From the NCBI GenBank assembly GCA_963786955.1, contig CAWBAT010000007.1, positions 96,001 through 160,000 on the forward strand: a DNA stretch of 64,000 nucleotides. Reading direction: 5' to 3'. How positions within the stretch are numbered: position 1 is the stretch's first letter; each line of letters opens with the position of its first letter. The notes beneath the pieces were generated by a model, which was given only the letters and a program-made list of their open reading frames with translations, was not told the origin of the DNA and searched no databases. The stretch is from an uncultured Acidimicrobiia bacterium (GTDB taxonomy: Bacteria > Acidobacteriota > Terriglobia > Versatilivoradales > Versatilivoraceae). Made by a program: the position numbers and the translations under genes. Below are positions 11,073 through 22,200 of this stretch, piece by piece.

Positions 11073-12908
11073 CTACGGCTCTTCCACCAATAAGACCTGG
11101 TTACAGTGCACGTCTCGATTGACTACTTTCTTGCCATCCGGAAAAACAACCTCGACCCGGTTAGCCGTATCGCCCTGCCCGAGGCCAAAGTGTGCCGTCA
11201 AACTGTTTTGGGAAAGGTAAGATGGCTGGGAGCCAATCTGCTGCATTTGAGTTCTGTCTCCCTGAGTTACTTTCACTATAGTTCCCAATCCGAAAATGTT
11301 TTTCTTGCCCTTAACCTTGATTTGCAGCCAATGTTTCTGGTTGCCTCCATCATTACGAAGCAGCCAGGCCTGCCCGCTGTGATTCACGACCACGACATCG
11401 ATATCCCCGTCGTGGTCAAAATCTGAAAAGGCAGCCCCGCGCCCTACAGTTCGTTGCTGGAAAATCTCTCCCGCAATAGCGCTGACTTCAAAGAATCCTT
11501 CTGTTTCCCCTCTATTCCAGAAAAGCATGTGGCGCATGGGGATCAGTTTATGTTTGTCTTTCTCATCCTGAAACGTGCTTCCGTCGATCACGAGAAGATC
11601 AGGTCGTCCGTCATTATCGTAGTCGAAGAAAGACGTTCCCCATTTGACGTAATCGAGGGAAACTTGGCCCAGCCCCTCTTGATCTGCGATATCCATGAAC
11701 ACCATCTTTCCGGGCGGGGCCCCGCGCGAACCAATGAGCATGTTATTAAACAGCGCGCATTCCTGAGCCAACCAATGGGTGACAAAGATATCGAAGTCGC
11801 CATCCAAGTCCCAGTCTCCGATGGCCAATCCCATGGCCCCGCGGTAATCCGCGACCCAGGCTGAATGAGAAACGTCATCAAATCGGCCGTTTCCGAAATT
11901 ATGGTACATGGCATTATCGGATACATCGTTCGCCACGTAGAGATCGAGCCAGCCGTCCAAATCAAAGTCGCACCAGGCTGCGGAAAGACTGCGGCCCGTC
12001 GGGTTATCCACGCCGGCCTGCTTTGCGATTTCCGTGAATTTCCCCTTCCCATCGTTACGGAATAAGAGGTTCCGTTGGGGAGTATAAGAAGAGGGGTTGA
12101 GGGTGTAGGGAACTTCCGCCTCAAATTGCATGGAGACCTTTGCCGCATCTTCAGTTCGAAATTGATATTGCACATAACCGCAAATGTAAAGGTCGACGTT
12201 CCCATCTCTGTCGTAATCTCCCCAGGATGCTCCTGCCCAGAAGCCTTTGAACTTACTGAAGCCTGAAGTCACACTCACATCAGTAAAAGAACCCTCATGA
12301 TTATTGCGGAAAAGGTAAAGGTCCGGATAAGAGGTGACCACCAAATCCAGCCAGCCGTCGCCGTCGAAATCCCCCCAGGCCGCCCCCATGCCCATGATCC
12401 GAAGGCCCAGGCCCGACGTGTCGGTGATATCCGTGAACGTGCCGTCACCGTTATTCCGATAGAGCCTGCAACGGGCTAGAGATTGATCTCGCTCTGATGC
12501 TGTGAGCGTCAACGGGCCGCTCATATTCACGATAAACAGGTCATCATCCCCGTCATTATCGAAATCCCCCCAAGCGGCACCGGAGCCCATGTCTTCGGGA
12601 ATTTGTGTGGACCGTTCTTTGAAGAAATGCTGGAAGTTAATGCCCGCTTGCTGGCTCGCCTCGACAAAAGTGACTTTCGGGGAATCACTGGGAAGCTTTC
12701 GTTCCAAATCTGCAGTGATGCCTTCTACTCGGATTTCAGGCCTGTAGCGGGCAACCGGACTACGGTGCAGGATGAAGACGACCAGGGTCCCGATAACGAT
12801 CAAACTGAGCAGAGAAGTGCGAAGAAGAAGACGCTGTCGTGGAGTCATTGTGTGTCGTGTTCTAAGCCAGTCGATCCTGATGAGCCAGAAATTTGCAAGG
12901 CAACGCAT
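11073..12908 (-). CDS. CRTAC1-family protein (FG-GAP repeats + ASPIC/UnbV)
   Basis: EDMGSGAAWGDFDNDG, repeated DxDxDG motifs, GRGAAFSDFDHDGD and SYLSQNSLTAHFGLG. Start may be ATG ~12848. Confidence 0.85.
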   Translation of the reverse strand: MRCLANFWLIRIDWLRTRHTMTPRQRLLLRTSLLSLIVIGTLVVFILHRSPVARYRPEIRVEGITADLERKLPSDSPKVTFVEASQQAGINFQHFFKERSTQIPEDMGSGAAWGDFDNDGDDDLFIVNMSGPLTLTASERDQSLARCRLYRNNGDGTFTDITDTSGLGLRIMGMGAAWGDFDGDGWLDLVVTSYPDLYLFRNNHEGSFTDVSVTSGFSKFKGFWAGASWGDYDRDGNVDLYICGYVQYQFRTEDAAKVSMQFEAEVPYTLNPSSYTPQRNLLFRNDGKGKFTEIAKQAGVDNPTGRSLSAAWCDFDLDGWLDLYVANDVSDNAMYHNFGNGRFDDVSHSAWVADYRGAMGLAIGDWDLDGDFDIFVTHWLAQECALFNNMLIGSRGAPPGKMVFMDIADQEGLGQVSLDYVKWGTSFFDYDNDGRPDLLVIDGSTFQDEKDKHKLIPMRHMLFWNRGETEGFFEVSAIAGEIFQQRTVGRGAAFSDFDHDGDIDVVVVNHSGQAWLLRNDGGNQKHWLQIKVKGKKNIFGLGTIVKVTQGDRTQMQQIGSQPSYLSQNSLTAHFGLGQGDTANRVEVVFPDGKKVVNRDVHCNQVLLVEEP

Positions 12909-12971
12909 TCGCCAGTCCGTAAGTCACTCAACCGGCATGGCTCACCGAATGCAGTACCCTATGCCCATTCC

Positions 12972-15146
12972 TTAAGAAACAACTTGAATGACCGCATTTT
13001 GTTCATGCATGTCCGTCACAGGGGATGTGAGGAACTGACCTTCAAACTCGTTGAAGAAGCCGACACTACGGATAAAATTGAGCAGGAACTGGTCGACTTT
13101 ACGATAGCGTAACTTTGCCGTGATAGTCAGCAGGCCATGTTTAGGCGCCTTAAAAGCAAATTCACTTTCCGAAGGAGTTCTCTTGTGCTTTGTGAGAAAC
13201 AGTTCAGGGCAAAGGAACGAAAATTCTGCCGTATCCGAGAAACCCGGAAAGAGTGACCGCCTATTGCGAACGCCCACCATTTCCCAAAGATTGTGGCGGT
13301 CAATCAGATTCCCATACTGATCGACGGGTTCAGCCTTGAAGAGAAACGTACCCGGCTTGATGAATCCTTTTTCATCCACGGTTCCTGTCTCATATACGAC
13401 TTTTCCGTTTTCGTCTTTCGCGATCAGTTCAATCCACGCCTGGATAATGTCAAGAGGGCCCGTGGGGAAATCATGACCGACTTTGTTCGAGGTAATGACA
13501 CACTTCATCTTAATTTCTTCTCCTGGCTGGACTTGCTGGGGAGTAATGAGTTGGATCGAAACGGCCGGGATGTCTGTTTTGTGCCATTTATCTTCAATTT
13601 CCGGAATGCGGAAATGTCCTTGGAGCCAATCCTTGGTCAACTGAATTTGTTTGTCCGAACCAGGAAGTTTCAGCAGTAGCGGCATGAGCTGATTGGCACC
13701 AATAAACCGGTGAGAGCGGTGCATGCCGTCACTGAGAGTGCGATTATAGTCGGCAGAATCACCGGCAGCCGGGTCTGTCGACTTCACCAGAGGCATATGG
13801 CATTCGCGGCATTCAATGGTTCGCTGGGCTTGTTTGAGGTCTCTGGCCCATTTGCTCATGCGCCAATTGTCATACTGGTTTTGCAATTGGACCCAGCCGA
13901 TTTTATTGATCTCTTCATCGACAAATTGCTTATGACAGGCGGCGCAATATTCGGGTTTCTTATACATCATTTTGGAGAGTCCCATGACGTGCTCTCGCGG
14001 GTAGGAGCGGATGAGGAAATCCCGCACATACCGCCAGCTGGCTTTATGGGTTTCGTCATATTCGAGTTCACCGATGTAGCGCGGTGGAGCTTGAACGGTG
14101 TAATAGGCATTCCCCTTGACGTCGGTTTCCCTCACCGAATGACAGGACAGACAAGAGATTCCCTCGCGATAGCCATGGAGCGCAGTGAGTTGTGTCTCGT
14201 CAGCGGAGATATTCTTCGTCCCGGAGAAAAGCGAAATAGGGTCGTGGCAACCGCCACAATAGCGGGTTGAAGTGGGACCGTTTTGTTTGGCCATCGTCAA
14301 CTGGATCGCCTGAAACCCTTTGTCCATGGCAGAATACCGGTGAGCCGAAGGGATCCACTCCTGGAGAATCTGTTCGTGACAGCCACTTGTTCCGCAACCC
14401 TCCGAGCCCGACAACAGTTTGACGTCAAGCGGTTGGTTATCTTTGGTTCTCGCCAGGCTGGGCGCAAAGGGTCGATTTTTCCCATAGATGGGGTTATGCG
14501 GCTCCCATAAATCGTAATCGGCAGGAAACTCCGTCATCAGTTTGGGTGGCATATAGGCAAACGAGGCAAGACCGATGATCGCAAAAAACAAGACCGTCAA
14601 GCCGACTGCGGATAAACCCAATCTTTTTGCTGCGCTCCAAATGGGAGCGACGGCTTCGGTAGCTCTGGCTCTGGCGTCGCGGACCAGGATGAAGGCGAGG
14701 TGAGAAATCAAGAAGGCCAACAGGGCAATCGTGGTCCAGTCATGGACGGAGCGCCAGAAATAACCGATCTTGGTTCCAAACAAGGACTCGTAGGTCAGTA
14801 CCAATCCTGAGGCCAACGAGGGGATAAGGATAAAGACAGTTAAATAGCCCAGTAGTTTCGTTTGCGTAAGAACGTGCTCTCGATAGAGCAACCAGTGTCG
14901 AATGGCGTACCAGGCAACCGGGACCAATAAAATCAGCCCTAAAACGGTGTGGATCAGAACATTGAGTTGATTGAATCGGCTGAAAGGCAAGAGCCAAATC
15001 ATTAAGCCGCTAAGAGAGAGGAAGATTAAAGCCCCTAAACTCCAGGCGGTAAGCCTGGACTTCCACTCCGCCAACCGGTCCACGTGCTTGACAACTGGAC
15101 TTGTTCCATCATTGATATTGATATTCATTGCACAATACCTCCCCAA
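12972..15146 (-). CDS. Membrane-bound multiheme cytochrome c (cytochrome-b-like TM domain + c554-type heme domain)
   Basis: About 5 TM helices with His residues; heme motifs CGTSGCH, CGGCH, CLSCH, CAACH, CRECH; GHDFPTG motif. Confidence 0.8.
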   Translation of the reverse strand: MGRYCAMNININDGTSPVVKHVDRLAEWKSRLTAWSLGALIFLSLSGLMIWLLPFSRFNQLNVLIHTVLGLILLVPVAWYAIRHWLLYREHVLTQTKLLGYLTVFILIPSLASGLVLTYESLFGTKIGYFWRSVHDWTTIALLAFLISHLAFILVRDARARATEAVAPIWSAAKRLGLSAVGLTVLFFAIIGLASFAYMPPKLMTEFPADYDLWEPHNPIYGKNRPFAPSLARTKDNQPLDVKLLSGSEGCGTSGCHEQILQEWIPSAHRYSAMDKGFQAIQLTMAKQNGPTSTRYCGGCHDPISLFSGTKNISADETQLTALHGYREGISCLSCHSVRETDVKGNAYYTVQAPPRYIGELEYDETHKASWRYVRDFLIRSYPREHVMGLSKMMYKKPEYCAACHKQFVDEEINKIGWVQLQNQYDNWRMSKWARDLKQAQRTIECRECHMPLVKSTDPAAGDSADYNRTLSDGMHRSHRFIGANQLMPLLLKLPGSDKQIQLTKDWLQGHFRIPEIEDKWHKTDIPAVSIQLITPQQVQPGEEIKMKCVITSNKVGHDFPTGPLDIIQAWIELIAKDENGKVVYETGTVDEKGFIKPGTFLFKAEPVDQYGNLIDRHNLWEMVGVRNRRSLFPGFSDTAEFSFLCPELFLTKHKRTPSESEFAFKAPKHGLLTITAKLRYRKVDQFLLNFIRSVGFFNEFEGQFLTSPVTDMHEQNAVIQVVS

Positions 15147-15300
15147 TGCTTCGTATGATAATTTTTTCTACTGATCATCAATTGGGCGGGAACTCCGGAC
15201 TCCCCTTCCGCCCGGAGGAATGAACGATGGCCTATAATCCTGGAACTGCGTTCAGGTTAAGCGGTTCATTCGGACGTTGTGTCATTGTTTTGTAAATAAT

Positions 15301-18300
15301 TCACTTTGCTCCTGAAATTGAGATTGTGTTTAGTTGAGTGACTTCCGGCTTTGTCTCGCAGACAATGGTTTCATCGAAGTAAGGAATGATTGAAACTGGC
15401 CCTTCCAGTCCATCAAGGTCGATTTTGGCAAGGTTTTTGTGAGAGGGACCAACCGCCCGGCGGTTTGCCTCCGTGTTGGTCACAAGGATTTTCAGCTGGT
15501 TAGGTCCCGGTTTTAAACTCTGGCTAATGTCAAAACGATAGGGACGCCAGACTGCTGTCCCTATTTTGACATCATTGAGGTAAACCTCCGCCACCGAACT
15601 GACGCGACCCAAATCCAGCATCAACCGCTGCCCTTGATAAGAACTCGGAAGTGAAACTTGCGTTTCGTATATTCCCGTCCCGGAAAAGTTGGCCAGACCC
15701 ACAGCCGTCCATGGCTTCAATGAAAAAGGTGTAAATCCAGTTTGAAATTCGAGAGGTGCAGTGAGCCGGTCTCGTCTTTGTGCGCAGATGGCCAGAATGT
15801 TTCTCCCCAAATCCAAATGCTTGCGAAGATCGATTATTTGACCCATGGAGCGAGGAAGTTCAACACCATTGATGTAAAGACGATAAGTTCTGGCGAGGGG
15901 CAGGGGATTAAGGGAAACGCAGCCCGGTGGAACCTCAAGACGATACCAACGGTATCCCGAACTAGCGGGCGTAGGACCCTTAATTTCTATCGGGGTTAGG
16001 CTGCTGACGATGTCATGGAGTGTGTTCCCGGATGAATCGGCGACACGCAAGGTAAAACCGTAAAGGCTGCTACCGGTAGCTTTCCCAAGACCTACCTTCA
16101 CCAGCACCTGATTCCAACCCGCTTGAAGCTCGACTGGAATGGGGTTGGCCCAATTTTCGTTAAATTCATACCAGAAAGGATGTCGCAGGTTTTGGAAAAC
16201 GAGCGTTTGGTTAAGCCACAGGCTCGCATTGTTATCCGCACCCAAGATCAATTGGGCGTTTTGGGTCTTCGGAGAGTATAGGTAAGTATGAGCATAGCTC
16301 GCGATCCACGTCTTCCCTTGCGTCGATAGGATGCGATCGAATTGAACGATATGCGCATTGTCATCGAAAGCTCCGTTCTTGACTTCGACCCACCCAAAGC
16401 CCAGTTTGAGATTTGGCTCATCACCCGAATACTGCTTCCAATGAAGCACCTCCCCATCCACGCCAGTAAATTCCTGACCGGCATCGAAGCTTTGTTCAGG
16501 CGGCAACGTATTCAAAGATGCGCTATCGTCTTTGTTGGGAAAAGGCCCAACGAGATTCCAATTCCGGATGGTGTCCTGTGACTTTGAAAGCCAAAGAGAG
16601 GGCCAGTCTGTATCGTCAAAATCTTTTTGAGCCCAGCCACTCGCCAAGCCACTCTCTTTCGTGGAGTCCATGATTTTTGCATACGGGATAGAGACCTCTT
16701 CTGGTTGTGGGCGGAATTGCCAATCATTCTCCAAGGCCACCGGACTCAAGGGAGATGGACTTGTCTTTCCTTGGTAAATTTGCCCAGCCTGGCGGAGCAC
16801 GACTTCAGTTCCAATCCGATTGGCGGGGGCAACGACGTGGACATGGATCGAATGGTCGTCTCGTGAAACAACTTCAAGGCTATCGGCGTTGGTCCTGACC
16901 AATTCAACTTCCTGGCGGGCCTTTGTCAAGGGACGAAAAACGACGTAATACGCGTCCCAGGGAGCAAATGTCAGTCGTACTTCTGTGCCGTTTGGCCGGT
17001 TAATATAGAAAAGCGGGGTGCGTTCCCCTGTCAAAGCGTCCCATTTCTCGGGTACACCCAGCTGAGAAAACAGGACCCGATTGACTCGCGATCGCTCCGT
17101 GTCATTGACGATCCAATAGTAGTGTTGCCCAAATTTGTGTCGATGTTGATAAGGCAAATGGGTCTCAGGGCCTTCCATGACCCGAACATCCTTGGCGAGA
17201 TGGACATCCAACCGCTCAATTAACGTGTCTACTTGATAATTAACAAAGCAGGTCTTCCCGCCACCCGTGCTCTGTCTTTCGACAAAAGCCCCAACATGAC
17301 GACCCTGTTCAGGTCCAAAGAGCTGGGCAATACCTTCTTTGATTATCACGTCATTTCCTCCGGCTTCGCGCGAAGAGTCCGGGAGGATGTGGATGGCAAA
17401 GACCGTCCCACCCGCTTGGTAGAACTCAATCAACTTCTTCAACGTGGAGCGCCGTAGCGTTGTGAGAGGAGGCAGCACTACAGCCTTGAACCGTTGAGGG
17501 CCAATAACCAGTTCACTGCCTTCGACCTTTGCCTTCTCCAAATAATCATCGTCGGCAATCGCATGATCCCATTGATGATCTACCAACTCTAAGATGAGCC
17601 GGGCGTAATAGTCATCGATCGAAGTCGTCACGTTCCTCCAGGCTTTGGGATCGTAAACTTGTTGGTATGCTACTTCTCCCGAGAACACGGGGTCCATATG
17701 GGCCCAAATTGAGGTCATGGGATAGTAGAGTAGGATGGGTGCCACGTGGCGGCTCTCGCCATTCATGAAGCTGAGACGCCGCACATAATCTGCGTAGTAA
17801 TGGAAATAGGGCCAGTAGGGCTGATTGATCCAATCTGGTGGAAGGTTGGCCTGCGCGGCATCATAGTTAAAAGCGTGAGGAACGAATAGATCGACTCCCC
17901 AAGTCGCAATGGCGTTGGTGACTTGGCGAATGCCTTCCAGGTCCAGATACGAATCGGTACCATGGAGACCCTCATGCTCGCAGAGAAAACGACGTCCCTC
18001 AAAATCTGCTACCGACTGGGCTACCTTGAAGCACAATGCCTGCCTACCAGAGTCTTTCAAGGAATCCACACCGACGGGATTGAGTCCTCGCTCGACGGCG
18101 AATTGGCTGCCTTCGAGCGCCGCGCCAAACTGCAAGGTTTCTTCCCAGCCGTGACCCGTTCGTCCGATGCCCAGCTCCTGAGCGGCGTTCGTGATTCCAT
18201 TCCAAAAGGCTTCAGAATAAAGCTGCGTGACGGTGTCCAAATAATCACAGCGCGCCTTGATTGAGAAGTCCCCTCCATCAAAAATGAGCAATGGCAAGAC

Positions 18301-19206
18301 TTTTCGCAAATCATATTGTTTGCGCGTTTGGAACTCTTGAAAAAGTCGTGGAGTCCATGCAATGCGAAAACCATAGTCTCCTTCGTGGTCCGCAAAACCA
18401 AAGTGAACGGTGTTTCCAAAATAAGACCCAAAGCGGCGGTGGAATTCGCCATACGTCAAATCAAAAAATAGTTTCATGGCATCCGGATTCAGCAGATCGA
18501 CCTGACCCCCATCAAATCCCATGGAGGGTTCGAGGAAGAAGGAAACTACAATCCAGTCTCCCTCAGGCACGGTCCAATTCAAGGATTGAGCGGATCCCTC
18601 CGTCGCTAGAACCCGGAGACTTTGTCCGTCAATTTGCTTACTCCCTTTCCAACGAGCAGCAACAACCGCTTGCATGGCTGGAGAAGAAGGGATCGTTACG
18701 GCACGGGGGCCTTTGAAAAGTTCTGTCTTGAAGGCAAGGCTCTTCATTCGATACTCGGGCTTCCTGGAGAGGACTTCGCTGTGTTGATTTCCAGGCATCC
18801 AGATGTTGCGAGCTTCTCCAGAGGGCCAGGCATATTCATCCACAAAATTAAAACTAAAACCTGAACGCTTGGATTCTTCGAGTCCAGCCCCAATCGCTTG
18901 CCACCATTCCTCAGAGAGATAGGGGGTTTCGAGTCTATTGAACCCATAGAGGAATGCCCCGTAGACATGCTCGCCCACCATTTTCCGGATCTGCGCTTGA
19001 ATCTTGGGTCCTTCCATTTTGCCGTTCCAGAACCAGAATGGCATGGGGGAATAGGCGTGCGGGGGATCTTGAAAACCTTGATAAAGCTCGCCGGAGCGGG
19101 CCTCGGCGTCTTTTGAAAGCAGCTGGGCATAGAAAACAGTCAGAAAGAAAAATATGCCCAGGATAGGAGGGAGAAAGCATCGGCAGAAATCGGGTTGTTT
19201 CTTCAT
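15301..19206 (-). CDS. GH106-like (alpha-L-rhamnosidase-like) glycoside hydrolase with GH2-type sugar-binding C-terminus
   Basis: Signal peptide, FQDPP...PMPFWFWNG, YLSEEWW, DEYAWPSG, VDLLNPDA and C-terminal LDLGRV...PYRFDI...GPNQLKILVTN. Confidence 0.75.
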   Translation of the reverse strand: MKKQPDFCRCFLPPILGIFFFLTVFYAQLLSKDAEARSGELYQGFQDPPHAYSPMPFWFWNGKMEGPKIQAQIRKMVGEHVYGAFLYGFNRLETPYLSEEWWQAIGAGLEESKRSGFSFNFVDEYAWPSGEARNIWMPGNQHSEVLSRKPEYRMKSLAFKTELFKGPRAVTIPSSPAMQAVVAARWKGSKQIDGQSLRVLATEGSAQSLNWTVPEGDWIVVSFFLEPSMGFDGGQVDLLNPDAMKLFFDLTYGEFHRRFGSYFGNTVHFGFADHEGDYGFRIAWTPRLFQEFQTRKQYDLRKVLPLLIFDGGDFSIKARCDYLDTVTQLYSEAFWNGITNAAQELGIGRTGHGWEETLQFGAALEGSQFAVERGLNPVGVDSLKDSGRQALCFKVAQSVADFEGRRFLCEHEGLHGTDSYLDLEGIRQVTNAIATWGVDLFVPHAFNYDAAQANLPPDWINQPYWPYFHYYADYVRRLSFMNGESRHVAPILLYYPMTSIWAHMDPVFSGEVAYQQVYDPKAWRNVTTSIDDYYARLILELVDHQWDHAIADDDYLEKAKVEGSELVIGPQRFKAVVLPPLTTLRRSTLKKLIEFYQAGGTVFAIHILPDSSREAGGNDVIIKEGIAQLFGPEQGRHVGAFVERQSTGGGKTCFVNYQVDTLIERLDVHLAKDVRVMEGPETHLPYQHRHKFGQHYYWIVNDTERSRVNRVLFSQLGVPEKWDALTGERTPLFYINRPNGTEVRLTFAPWDAYYVVFRPLTKARQEVELVRTNADSLEVVSRDDHSIHVHVVAPANRIGTEVVLRQAGQIYQGKTSPSPLSPVALENDWQFRPQPEEVSIPYAKIMDSTKESGLASGWAQKDFDDTDWPSLWLSKSQDTIRNWNLVGPFPNKDDSASLNTLPPEQSFDAGQEFTGVDGEVLHWKQYSGDEPNLKLGFGWVEVKNGAFDDNAHIVQFDRILSTQGKTWIASYAHTYLYSPKTQNAQLILGADNNASLWLNQTLVFQNLRHPFWYEFNENWANPIPVELQAGWNQVLVKVGLGKATGSSLYGFTLRVADSSGNTLHDIVSSLTPIEIKGPTPASSGYRWYRLEVPPGCVSLNPLPLARTYRLYINGVELPRSMGQIIDLRKHLDLGRNILAICAQRRDRLTAPLEFQTGFTPFSLKPWTAVGLANFSGTGIYETQVSLPSSYQGQRLMLDLGRVSSVAEVYLNDVKIGTAVWRPYRFDISQSLKPGPNQLKILVTNTEANRRAVGPSHKNLAKIDLDGLEGPVSIIPYFDETIVCETKPEVTQLNTISISGAK

Positions 19207-22200
19207 TTCCTCTGCGCTCCGTCGGCTCTAAGCCGCAACGTCACGTAGGCGTTTGCCTTGTAAGGAAACCGGACCGTATTCGCTGTTGAGAGCAATTGTT
19301 CTTTGTTCACTTCGACGCCGTTGCAGAGATAGGCCTCGTTCACACGGATCGTGGGCAATGAAAGTTCAGCCTGGCCGGATTTTCCCGCTGTTTCCCGGAA
19401 ACGGAAAATATAGCCATCTCCATCTTCAGCCGCTTTTATGACCACCAGCTGCAGATTTTCCGATTCTTGTCGCATGAATGATCCAGAAGTCGCGGAGACT
19501 GGCCGGTCCGTGTTTTCCACGTTTGCAGAGAAGGTTGAGAGGAGAGGATAGGCGAGTACCGGAGTGCGGGTGTCGGCGTCAAATCGGGATAACTGCTCTC
19601 GTGCAATGGACGACCCGCTGGTGAGGGAATACCGAAACTGAAAATCCCCGCCCTGAGCGGCTTTATAATTCGTGAACCAATAGTTATTCATCACGTAAGA
19701 AAAGACGTGACCATTATTGATCTCAAGTTGCTTCGGCCACTTTCCACGGTTGATGTCTGTGAGAGTGATGAGCGGCGCATCCGGCGTGGACCAGGCAATA
19801 GAATAGTCACCATCTTTAACATGAACCAGGTTTTGAGTGGTGAACCACTCCCGGCAGGCCCCGGGAAGTTGATCCTCATTGGGTCTGACCCAACCATTTT
19901 GGATTTGGTATTCGAAGAATGGTTTTCCAGATGAGAATGGATACGCAAAGTAAATAGCTTCCTTTGCCCTTGTTTCAGTCCGTGTGACCACATTACTAAT
20001 ATCTACTCGCTTGATGGCATCGTAAACGATGTACTCGGTTCGAAGGTGGGGCGTATTCTTGGCACTTGTTTCCACGACCAAGCGCTGCCCGAACGGAGTC
20101 TTTGTAATCTCGAGAACTTCGGCAGAAGTAGGAGAATCAATCGCCAGATTAGCAATTGCCCTGCCATAAACGTTGTCGATGAGACGAGTATCCTGCCCTC
20201 CGCTAACATAAAGGTACTGGTTTAATCCATAAGCCGCTGAGGAATCCACCATCTCCCTGTTTGCTGCTTTATCGAAAAGACTCTTGATGCTGCCATTGCG
20301 GTTATCGACAGTGAGTCGATAGTAGGGGCTCTCGATCGTATTTCCCGTGAGTTTCAGGTTCTCCGCACTTGTCGGGGGCACTTTCTCGAGACTGCGTAGT
20401 GCATAACCTTTGTAACCGAAGGCTGGAACATCAACTGCCATGAAACGGACCTTGCGCCATCCGTCTTTCTCAAATACGACATCCAAGGGGATTGGTTGCT
20501 GGGTGGCAAGGTCGACCACATAGCGTGCTTTATCCAGCTCGACTTCGACGGGGGCAGAGCGTTTCTCATTGTGCAAATTAAACGCAAAGATTGTGTCGCC
20601 CTCCACGGCCATTTGCTGGCACAAGCGGTTCAGCGATCGAGCCAGAAGATTTCTGGCGTCCAGGTTGGCCCGCGTGGCATAGGTTTCTTTGATCTCCCAT
20701 TGGCGAGTAACAAACTCCCGATCCGGTTGCAGGATACTCGAGTAGGCACCCCAGGTGTGCTCATCATAAAACATCACATTCTTCCAGGCTGCGCGGAAAT
20801 CTTCAGCCGGATAACGGAACCGGGGTTCAAAAAGCGTAGCCAGCCCCGATAATGTTTCAGCAAGAGGCAGAATCTGCTGGGAATGGCGGTTTAATGTAGT
20901 CGCCTTAGCGGTTGAGGCTGCTCCATCTTCCCAGTAGGCACCGGCATCTCCCCGATAGACCTTTAAGCGGTCGGGATAGTGCTTTTGAATGTATTGGAAG
21001 TAGTCGGCGTCGGTGGCTACTACCAGCTTTGGGTATTGGAATTCACGGTTCCACTGCTCGATGAGGGGCGCTTCGGCTGTTTTTGGAATGGCCGCGTTAT
21101 CGACATAGGCCCCATAGACCATAACGGCGTCCAAAGGGTAATCCTCTCGCAAATACCTCAGAAGGAACTGAGGAACACTGGTCTTCAAGTATTCATAACT
21201 GGCAACGGCCTCCAGATAACCAGGCCCCGTGAGCCTTTTCCACTGCGAATAACTGCGCGCATACCACATCATGATTCGCTCCCCATTCATGCCTTCCCAG
21301 TAAAAGGGGGAGTCCTCATTCAGGCTGCTGAGCTGCAGTATGGGCGCCCGAGTCTGATTGCTTCCGTTCGAAAACGCCTTGATGCCAACATCGTTCAGCA
21401 ACGTAGGCAAGAACCAGCTATGCGAGGGCGCATCGGTCAAACACGCGAAATCGAAATTACTGCCATGTTCCCGATGGAGAGACTGCGTGAAATACATGGC
21501 CCGGTACAACTCTTCACCGGAACAAATCCCTGTCATGAGATTCAGATAGAAGGCATTGATGGCGGCGCGACCTTTCGCCGCCCAGTTCAAGAACAACTTC
21601 CGGTACTGCGGGGGGCGCGTGTCAAGGTAGTTGTCGACCAGCCAGGCTGTCTCAAAATTGAATTTGAAGAAGGGGAATTTCTCCAGAATATCTAACACCG
21701 TATCGGTGTTCCGGGTGTCCAGTTCGTTGACGTGAGGTTGGACATCGGTGTACCCGACGTCATTATGAACCTTCGGGCAAATATAAACTTTCCATTGTTT
21801 GGCCGGGGTAAATGAATGAGAGGCCTGCTGAGATTTGCCATCGAGCTCAATTTTGATTTCTGCGCTGGCGGGCTGATACAAGGCCGGAACTTCCAGGTTC
21901 TCAATAACGACACCAAAATCATCGCCAGGCGGAGTCAATTGTTGCTGAAGCCGGACCTCTCCCAATTGGACCGTGGCAGTCCCCTTTTTGAAAGGCCTGT
22001 CAAAGGGAATCCGTAACTTGCATACCTCAAAGAGATTCCCACCCTTTTCACGATAAAACACGGTGGGTTCCAGGCTGATCCCACTGACTTTTTCAATCCC
22101 ATCGGACGTGGCTTTTCGAAGCGCCAAAGCGTCGTAATCCAATGACCCAATCCCAACAGGAATCAGAGTAATCTGATTCGACTTGGGATTCAGCCAGCTT

